Below are positions 16,493 through 22,743 of a stretch of DNA of 26,000 nucleotides, one piece after another (the stretch's first letter is position 1; each line of letters starts with the position of its first letter). Source of the DNA: Chlamydiota bacterium. GTDB lineage: Bacteria > Auribacterota > Tritonobacteria > UBA1439. Under the pieces are notes generated by a model. That model was not told the DNA's origin. It did no database searches and saw nothing but the letters and a program-made list of their open reading frames with translations. The translations under genes were made by a program, and so were the position numbers. The stretch covers positions 1 through 26,000 of the forward strand of contig JBAXOY010000036.1 of assembly GCA_037133055.1 (NCBI GenBank), given 5' to 3'.

Positions 16493-18151
16493 ATGGAATT
16501 CGTCCACCTGCACAGCCATTTCTGGGGCTCCTATTCCGACAGCGCCCTCGCGCTCGACGAGGGGCTCGACCGCGCCGCCGCGCTCGGGCAGCGGGCCATG
16601 TCGATCACCGACCACGGCGAGCTCGCCTTCGCCCCGCGCTTTTACCGCGCCGCGCGCGCCCGGGGGATGAACCCGCTCCTCGGGTGCGAGTGCTACTTCG
16701 TCGAAAACGCGCTCGAGTCGATCGCCCGGGACGACGCGCACCGGAACCATCTGGTCCTCATCGCGAAAAACGCGGAGGGATACCGGAACCTCGTCGCGCT
16801 CACGAGCGACGCGTGGCTCGACCGATGTTTCCGCGGGAACCGGGGAACGGTGGACTGGTCGCTCCTCGAGAAGTACCACCGGGGCCTCGCCTGCTCGAGC
16901 GGCTGCTTCTACGGATCGTTCCCCCTCACGACGATCCGGCACGGCCGCCTCGCGGGGGAGCGCGAGCTCCGGCGCTACCTGGACATCTTCGGCGGCGATT
17001 TCCACCCCGAGATGTCGAGCCTCGGCTACGAGGAGCAGAAGATCTCCAACGCCGCGATCCTCGACCTCGCCCCCCGCTACGGCCTCAACGCCGTGGTCAC
17101 CAACGACGTCCACTACGCCCACCCGGAGGACTGGATCGCGCACGACATCATCGTCAAGACCAGGTTCGGGAAGGTGAGCGATTTCAGCGTGTCGACCCGG
17201 ACGATCTGGCTGAAGGGCCTCGACGAGATGCGGGCGCTCGGGTTCCCGGACTCCTGCCTCGCCAACACGGCGGGCGTCGCGGCGGACTGCGACCTGCGCC
17301 TGCCGCCCTTTCCCGTCTCTCCCCCGGTCCTGCACGGGTCCCCCGGGGCGGACCTCCAGGCGCTCGCCTCGCGCTGCGCCGAGGCCGTCGCCGGGATGGC
17401 GCCGGGCCTTCGACGGACCCGGCTCATGAAGCGCCTCGCGCGGGAGGCGGCGGGCGTCGGCGCGCTCGGCCTCGGGGGGCTCGTCCTCGCAGTCGCCGAC
17501 CTCTCCTTCTTTTTCAGGAGAACGCGCGGGCGCGTCCGGGCCGCGGGCGGCGGCTGGGAGGGGAGCGCCCTGTTCCGCCTGCTCGGCATCTCGGGCGACG
17601 CTCCCCTCAGCCCCGCGATACCCGATCCCGCATCCCTCTCCCCCCTCGCGGTCTCCTGCCCCGACCCGGGCACCGCGGCGAACCTTCTTCTCGAAAGGCT
17701 CGGGCCGGAGAGGGCGTGCCGCGTCGCGGAGTTCGTCCCGATCCGCGGAGGGGACGCGCTGCGCGCTACGGCGGAGGTGCTCGGCGTACCCAAGAGGGAG
17801 CGCGTGAAAGGGCTGCGCGCCGTGCGGGGGGAGGATTCCGTCGCCGGAAACCTCGCGGGCAGCAGGGCCTGCGCCGCCTTCTGCGCCGCGAATCCGCTGG
17901 TGGCCCGGTGGGCGGGGAAAATCGAGGGAATCCCGCGCATTTCGCGGCCTTCCCCCGGCGCGCTCGTCCTCACGAACGGGCCGCTGCGGGCTCTCCTTCC
18001 CCTGAAAAGGATTGGCGGAACGGTCTTCTCGCAGTACGACGCCGAGGGGGTGTCGATCGCGGGCTTCTGCACGGTCGAGTTGACGGACGCGGACAAAAGC
18101 CGCGCGGTAAAGGTCGAAGGCAGCCCTGTGCCCGTGGGCCTGGACTTCTGA
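16493..18151 (+). CDS. DNA polymerase III alpha (DnaE)-derived protein: intact PHP domain plus degenerate, truncated polymerase palm/thumb remnant
   Basis: PHP motifs FVHLHSH, ITDHG, GCECY, HLVLIAKNAEGYRNL, SSGC and VTNDVHY. Downstream DnaE-like segments (RLARE, GSALFRLLGI, KIEGIPR, SQYD) lack GRGS, PDIDID and KxDFLGL. Only 552 aa. Confidence 0.8.
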   Translation: MEFVHLHSHFWGSYSDSALALDEGLDRAAALGQRAMSITDHGELAFAPRFYRAARARGMNPLLGCECYFVENALESIARDDAHRNHLVLIAKNAEGYRNLVALTSDAWLDRCFRGNRGTVDWSLLEKYHRGLACSSGCFYGSFPLTTIRHGRLAGERELRRYLDIFGGDFHPEMSSLGYEEQKISNAAILDLAPRYGLNAVVTNDVHYAHPEDWIAHDIIVKTRFGKVSDFSVSTRTIWLKGLDEMRALGFPDSCLANTAGVAADCDLRLPPFPVSPPVLHGSPGADLQALASRCAEAVAGMAPGLRRTRLMKRLAREAAGVGALGLGGLVLAVADLSFFFRRTRGRVRAAGGGWEGSALFRLLGISGDAPLSPAIPDPASLSPLAVSCPDPGTAANLLLERLGPERACRVAEFVPIRGGDALRATAEVLGVPKRERVKGLRAVRGEDSVAGNLAGSRACAAFCAANPLVARWAGKIEGIPRISRPSPGALVLTNGPLRALLPLKRIGGTVFSQYDAEGVSIAGFCTVELTDADKSRAVKVEGSPVPVGLDF

Positions 18152-18189
18152 CGTTCGATGAAGGAATGGGAGGCGGAGGAAACTATGAT

Positions 18190-18230
18190 GTAGCCCGCAG
18201 ATGAACGCAGATCGTCAGGATGAACGCAGA
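18190..18230 (+). repeat. CGCAGAT(GA)-family ~9-mer repeat block; 32-bp near-identical copy at 25717-25748
   Basis: gtagc(c/a)cgcagatgaacgcagatcgtcaggat is shared with 25717-25748 (1 mismatch). Confidence 0.85.
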
Positions 18231-18276
18231 CATGGAAATGGCCTAACGTTGAACGCACCCATGACGGGAGGTGACG

Positions 18277-18906
18277 ATGAAGAAGCTTCTCCACATCATC
18301 GCAACGCCGCGCGGAAACGAGTCGCGGACGCTCAGGGTCTCGGCGGCATTCCTGGAAGCGTTCCGCCTCGCCCACCCCGGCTGCATTGTGGATGAGTTGA
18401 ACCTCTGGGCCGAGAAGCTCCCGCCGCTCACCATCCCCGTGGTGCAGGGGAAATATGTCCTGCTCGGAGGCAAAGAACTCTCGGGCGCGCTGGAGGACGC
18501 CTGGGCGGACGTGATACGGCACATCGAGCGGTTCCTCTCCGCGGACGCGTTCCTCGTCAGCACGCCGATGTGGAACTTCAGCATCCCCTACCCGTTCAAA
18601 CATTACCTCGACGTCATCCTCCAGCCGAAGTACCTGTTCCGCTACACGGCGACGGGGGTGGAGGGGCTTGCAAAAGGGAGGAGGATGGTCGTCGTCTCGA
18701 GCCGCGGCGGCGACTACGGCCCGGCGAGCGCCATGAGAAGCTACGACTGCCTCGAGCCGTACCTCAGGACGGCGTTCGGCTTCGCCGGGATCACGGACAT
18801 CGCCTTCATCGCCGCCCAGCCGATGGACGCCGCGGGCCCCGCGACCGCGGAGGCCGCCATCGAAAAGGCGAAGACGCTGGCGCGCGAGAAAGCGCGGTCG
18901 CTCTAG
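18277..18906 (+). CDS. azoR: FMN-dependent NADH:quinone oxidoreductase / azoreductase (AcpD/AzoR family)
   Basis: Motifs KLLHIIATPRG..SRT, TPMWNFSIP, FRYTATGVEGL, SRGGDY and EPYLRTAFGFAGITD; GGGAGGTG RBS. Confidence 0.88.
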   Translation: MKKLLHIIATPRGNESRTLRVSAAFLEAFRLAHPGCIVDELNLWAEKLPPLTIPVVQGKYVLLGGKELSGALEDAWADVIRHIERFLSADAFLVSTPMWNFSIPYPFKHYLDVILQPKYLFRYTATGVEGLAKGRRMVVVSSRGGDYGPASAMRSYDCLEPYLRTAFGFAGITDIAFIAAQPMDAAGPATAEAAIEKAKTLAREKARSL

Positions 18907-19397
18907 TGCGCGCCGCCACGAAATACCGCGATGCCGCCGTCCTTGCCGCGAGCCTCGCGGCCTGCCAGGCCGCCGGGCTCATCGGCGCTCTCTTCACCCG
19001 CCCCGCCATCCCGGGCTGGTACGCCTCGCTGGCGAAGCCGCGGTTCACGCCGCCCCCGTGGCTTTTCGCCCCGGCCTGGATCGCCCTCTATCTCATGATG
19101 GGCGTCTCTCTCTTCCTCGTCTGGCGCCGCGGGGAATCGGAGCCGGGGAGGCGCGACGCCCTCTCAGTATTTTTTCTCCAGCTCGCCCTGAACGCCCTCT
19201 GGTCGCCCGCGTTCTTCGGCCTCCGCTCGACGGGCGCCGGGATGGCCGTCATCGCCGGGCTCTGGGTTGCCATCGCGGTCACCCTCAACCGGTTCAGGAA
19301 GGTATCCTCAACCGCCGCCTGGCTCCTCCTCCCGTACTTCGCATGGGTGAGTTTCGCCGCGGCGCTCAACTATTCGCTCTGGACGCTGAACCCGTGA
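18906..19397 (+). CDS. tspO: TspO/MBR family tryptophan-rich sensory protein
   Basis: Motifs WYASLAKPRFTPPPWLFAPAW, QLALNALWSPAFFG and LLLPYFAWVSFAAALN. The GTG start at 18906 overlaps the azoR stop (start inferred). Confidence 0.9.
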   Translation: MRAATKYRDAAVLAASLAACQAAGLIGALFTRPAIPGWYASLAKPRFTPPPWLFAPAWIALYLMMGVSLFLVWRRGESEPGRRDALSVFFLQLALNALWSPAFFGLRSTGAGMAVIAGLWVAIAVTLNRFRKVSSTAAWLLLPYFAWVSFAAALNYSLWTLNP

Positions 19398-19416
19398 GGG
19401 AAGGACAAGGCGGGCC

Positions 19417-20346
19417 ATGAGGATTTTCTTTGCCACCCGGAACATCCTCCTCCTCGGGGCCATCGCGCTGGGTCTCGCATTGGGGGACCGCGTTGCATGG
19501 CTCGATCCGCTCGCCATCCCGATTTTGATGGCCATCATGACGGTTTCGATGAGCGGCGTCGCATGGGACCGGTTCCGGGATCCCCGGCTCCTGGCGCGCC
19601 CCGTCGCCGTCGGCATCTTCCTCAACCACCTCGTGCTCGGCGGCGCGACGCTCGCCCTCGGGTGGGCGTTCGTCCGCGACCCGGAGCTCAGGGCCGGCTT
19701 CGTGCTGGTCGCCGCGGCGCCGCCCGGCATCGCCATCATACCGTTCACGCGGATCCTCGCCGGCGACCTCGCCCTCTCGACCGCGGGGGTCGTGGGCGGT
19801 TTCGCATCCACCCTCGTCATCGCCCCACTCGCCGCCGCCGTGTTTCTCGGGAGCGGGCTGATCACTCCGGGTCATCTCCTTCCCGCGATCCTCAAACTCC
19901 TCGTGGTCCCGTTCATCGCGGCGCAAATGATAATCCGGGCGGGCCTCGCGCACCGCGTCTCCCGCTGGCACGGCACCGCCGTCAACTGGGGCTTTGCGGT
20001 CATCGTCCTGGCCGCCGTCGGCGTCAATCGCGGGGTATTTCTCGGCGACCCCGGCATCCCCCTCCGATGCGGCGCCGCGGCGATTCTCAGCGTCTTCGGG
20101 CTCGGGTGGCTACTCAACGCGGTGTTCGCCCGGGCGGGCGTGGACCGCGAGAAGCGCGCGAGCCTGGTGCTCATGGGGACCGTCAAGAACTCGGCGTTCT
20201 CGACCGCGGTCGGCCTCGCCCTGCTCGGGAAAACCGCCTCCGTTCCGGGCGTGATCGTGACCGTCGCGATCATCCTCTTCCTAGTAGTCGCCCCGCACTG
20301 GCTCGGGGGTAAAGGCGGACGGGGAACACGAAACGGCGGCGGTTGA
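19417..20346 (+). CDS. Bile acid:sodium symporter (BASS/Acr3-like) family membrane transporter
   Basis: About 9-10 TM segments with AGFVLVAAAPPG, LAGDLALS and GTVKNSAFS motifs. Confidence 0.72.
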   Translation: MRIFFATRNILLLGAIALGLALGDRVAWLDPLAIPILMAIMTVSMSGVAWDRFRDPRLLARPVAVGIFLNHLVLGGATLALGWAFVRDPELRAGFVLVAAAPPGIAIIPFTRILAGDLALSTAGVVGGFASTLVIAPLAAAVFLGSGLITPGHLLPAILKLLVVPFIAAQMIIRAGLAHRVSRWHGTAVNWGFAVIVLAAVGVNRGVFLGDPGIPLRCGAAAILSVFGLGWLLNAVFARAGVDREKRASLVLMGTVKNSAFSTAVGLALLGKTASVPGVIVTVAIILFLVVAPHWLGGKGGRGTRNGGG

Positions 20347-20371
20347 CACACGCAGCGGGATGGTCTAGAAT
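20343..20371 (+). promoter_or_regulatory. Near-consensus sigma70 promoter of tRNA-Leu (TTGACA-17 bp-TAGAAT)
   Basis: TTGACA at 20343-20348 and TAGAAT at 20366-20371, 13 bp upstream of the tRNA 5' end. Confidence 0.8.
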
Positions 20372-20384
20372 TGCGTTTACACAT

Positions 20385-20471
20385 GCGGAAGTGGCGGAAC
20401 TGGCAGACGCGCTAGATTCAGGGTCTAGTCCCGGCAACGGGGTGGGGGTTCAACTCCCCCCTTCCGCACCA
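20385..20471 (+). tRNA. tRNA-Leu (anticodon CAG)
   Basis: Acceptor stem GCGGAAG/CTTCCGC with discriminator A and encoded CCA; D-loop with TGGCAGAC; anticodon arm CTAGA-TTCAGGG-TCTAG; long variable arm; T arm GGGGG-TTCAACT-CCCCC. Confidence 0.96.
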
Positions 20472-20957
20472 TTAGTGCCATTTCGCGTCCCGGGTTTCTC
20501 GTTTCTCGTACAATGGGCGCGCTCCCCCTCCCGCATGATCGGGGGCGTACTCCGACAGGATCAGGCGCACTCCCGCGAGGCGGCAGGACCGGGTGATGGC
20601 GTCAAGGTAGGGTTTGAGCCGCCGGTTGGAGCTCAACGGCTCGTGGAAAAAGCGGACCGCGCGGATCCCCTTCCGATCGAGGTAGCCCGTGACCCGGGGA
20701 AGAAGCGCGGCGACCTCGCCGGCTTTGAGGAGATGGTCGTAGCACGGGATCTTCTCGTACGGGCCGAGGAGGCCGAACTTGCCGGAGAGGATCGCGAAGG
20801 GGGCTCCCGCCCCGCGGCTCATGCGGTGGACGGCCCGTATCCGCGGGGAGACGTATCGACGGAGAGCCGACATGGGCGCACGGGTCTTTTGTTTCCCGGC
20901 CGAGCAGTAGGTGCAGTAGAGCGTGCGCGTCGTCCTTCCCCCCCCCGCGGTCTTCAT
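20472..20957 (-). CDS. Small basic hypothetical protein, DUF6884/YaaA-like
   Basis: Last 161 aa of ORF 20472..22001, with YCSAGK....PMSALRRYVSP and AILSGKFGLLGPYEKIPCYDHLL, resembling the C..K..A..Y..ILSAK(Y/F)GL....I.PYD pattern. ATG 20957 lies 14 bp after the M23 gene stop. Confidence 0.62.
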   Translation of the reverse strand: MKTAGGGRTTRTLYCTYCSAGKQKTRAPMSALRRYVSPRIRAVHRMSRGAGAPFAILSGKFGLLGPYEKIPCYDHLLKAGEVAALLPRVTGYLDRKGIRAVRFFHEPLSSNRRLKPYLDAITRSCRLAGVRLILSEYAPDHAGGGARPLYEKRETRDAKWH

Positions 20958-20971
20958 GCCCTGAAATCCCT

Positions 20972-21976
20972 TTAGGTTTTCTTCCTGTTGAAGAATTCCC
21001 ACGGATTGACCGGCAGCGAATCCCCGTCGCTCAGGGGGTCGCCCAGTCTGACCTCGATGTGTACCCACCCGGGGGTCCCGGGCTTCGCGTCTGCCCCCTG
21101 CCTCCCCACCGTGCCGATCCTCGTCCCCGCCAGGACCCCCTGCCCCACCGTCACCTCGATCGCGTCGAGGTGCGCGTAGCGGAGGCTGTAGCCGTCGGGG
21201 TGCGCCACGTAGACACAGTTCCCGTATTCCTTCAGCGTCGCGCCCTTGTCGGGCCGCCCGGGGGGAAAATCGGCCGTGACCGCCGCGCCGCCGGGCTCGA
21301 GGGCGGATGCCTTCTTCTCGCCATCGCGCGAGACGAGCACCACCCTCCCCACGGCCGCGGCCGTGACCGGCGTCTTCCCCGCCTGCCCGGAGAGGTCCAC
21401 GCCGCGCTGGAGCCTCTTGAATCCGCCCGCGTCGATGAAGACCGCCCCGAAATCGACCTCCTTCCCGGGAGCGGACAGATCGCTGTCGACCACGATCGAC
21501 GGGGAAAAATCTTCCACGGGAGGCGCATACCGGAGATCCAGCTTCGTCTCCCCGCCCACCCAGCAGACGAGCTCCATCACGGGCCGGTAGTCCGGGAGAC
21601 AGGATCCCGGCACGCAGGTGGGGATGTTGTCGATGAGCCCCGCGTCGGTCCACGAGAGCTCCGCGGACTCCATTTCGCCCCCCTCCGCCAACTCGCTGAC
21701 ATACGCGCGCGCCTGTGCGTACCTGAAGGCCTCGCCGGACACGGTCCGGTATCCGCTCCACCGGACCCCGTCCGGGTCGATCGGGCCCTGCCAGAGTTCG
21801 CCCGACTTCATATAGAAAAGCATCTTGAGCGCCCCGCGGTCGCGCGGCCTGTAGCACTCGATCGAGGCGGTCCGGAGCCCGTCCACAGGCAGGAAGAAGC
21901 GCAGCCGCGCCTCTCCCGCGGCGAGATCGTGCAGGAGGAACTGAAGAAAAACGAGAAACGGGACCGGATAGGGCAC
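20972..21976 (-). CDS. Exported M23/LytM-family protein with degenerate active site
   Basis: Hydrophobic N-terminus; C-terminal LytM motifs QRGVDL, TPVTAAAVGRVV, YGNCVYVAH, YAHLD, IGTVG and WVHIEVR...PVNPWEF. GTG start. Confidence 0.75.
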   Translation of the reverse strand: MPYPVPFLVFLQFLLHDLAAGEARLRFFLPVDGLRTASIECYRPRDRGALKMLFYMKSGELWQGPIDPDGVRWSGYRTVSGEAFRYAQARAYVSELAEGGEMESAELSWTDAGLIDNIPTCVPGSCLPDYRPVMELVCWVGGETKLDLRYAPPVEDFSPSIVVDSDLSAPGKEVDFGAVFIDAGGFKRLQRGVDLSGQAGKTPVTAAAVGRVVLVSRDGEKKASALEPGGAAVTADFPPGRPDKGATLKEYGNCVYVAHPDGYSLRYAHLDAIEVTVGQGVLAGTRIGTVGRQGADAKPGTPGWVHIEVRLGDPLSDGDSLPVNPWEFFNRKKT

Positions 21977-22020
21977 GGCACTCCACCGAAACAGGCAACA
22001 AATCTCAGGGGGGCCATCCT

Positions 22021-22076
22021 ACCCCCCCATCTCCCCTGCCTGCCGGCAGGCAGGCTCCCCCTCAAGGGGGGAGGGA
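22021..22076. repeat. REP-like element: perfect 20-bp palindrome CCTGCCTGCCGGCAGGCAGG (22035-22054) abutting a CTCCCCCT-CAA-GGGGGGAG hairpin
   Basis: Both inverted repeats are read directly from the sequence; intergenic between the skp-like and M23 genes. Confidence 0.8.
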
Positions 22077-22139
22077 ACCAGGGTCACGGGCATCGCACAG
22101 CAGGGGCGCTCACGGGACGGGGGAACAATCCTGCCGCGT

Positions 22140-22667
22140 CTATTTCCCGCCCGCCTTTTCGAATCGCCTGTTGAGCTCTTCCACGAGCTCCCGCGTCACG
22201 TCCATCCCCCTGTCGGAATACGCTACCGTCGAGGCGTCGAAGATGGCCCGCGCGCCGCGTTTCCGCGCCACCGCCTCGGAGGCGGCGCGCACCTCGACCA
22301 TCAGTTTCTGGTACTCCTCGTTTGTCCTCTCCACGAGATTCCGGGTCGCGGTGCGGCGGTAGAGCTCGAGCGCGGCGCTCTTCTCCTTGATCCGCGTCTC
22401 CCGCTCACTGCGGGCCTCCTCGCTCAGAATCTCGGTCTCCTTCACGAGGGTGTTGATCTCGTCGAGCGTCTCCTGTCCCTTCGTCTCGAGGTCGCGTTTC
22501 TCCTTGTCGAGCGTCGCATAGATCGCCTGCGATTTCCTGTACCCCTTGAAGACGGCGTCCACGTCGATCACCGCGATCTCGCCGGGGGGACGCCCGCAGG
22601 CGGAGAGGAGCAGGGCGGCGAGCGGCGCGGCGATGCCGCCGGCATACCTCATGAATCTAATCTGCAT
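22140..22667 (-). CDS. OmpH/Skp-family outer-membrane-protein chaperone, predicted lipoprotein
   Basis: IAVIDVDAVF N-terminal strand, long coiled coil, and VARKRGARAIFD...DVTRELVEELN C-terminus; signal ends LLLSAC. Start 22667 (GGAG RBS) or 22652. Confidence 0.8.
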   Translation of the reverse strand: MQIRFMRYAGGIAAPLAALLLSACGRPPGEIAVIDVDAVFKGYRKSQAIYATLDKEKRDLETKGQETLDEINTLVKETEILSEEARSERETRIKEKSAALELYRRTATRNLVERTNEEYQKLMVEVRAASEAVARKRGARAIFDASTVAYSDRGMDVTRELVEELNRRFEKAGGK

Positions 22668-22743
22668 TCGCCATCTCCGCCGATCTTGGAGCCTGGCCCC
22701 GTGAATTTTCTCCTCCGGCGGCGCAAGGCCGCCGGGAGGAACG

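Noticed and set aside
18060..18276. Split-intein or split dnaE (cyanobacterial dnaE-n type)
   Set aside because: There is no intein N-terminal block (CL/CF...) near the C-terminus, the catalytic residues are already lost, and the next gene is azoR.
15164..18603. Long ORFs 15164..17335 (-), 16075..18204 (+) and 17113..18603 (-) as real genes or as the frameshifted remainder of dnaE
   Set aside because: They are low-complexity shadows without PDIDID, KxDFLGL or FNKSH DnaE motifs. DnaE-like colinearity stays in the 16493 frame to the end, so no frameshift rescue is visible.
20343..20975. 210-aa plus-strand ORF
   Set aside because: It runs through the tRNA-Leu gene and antisense to the DUF6884-like gene; spurious.
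20958..22001. N-terminal ~350 aa of ORF 20472..22001
   Set aside because: Off-frame shadow of the M23 gene; only the last 161 aa look like a real protein.
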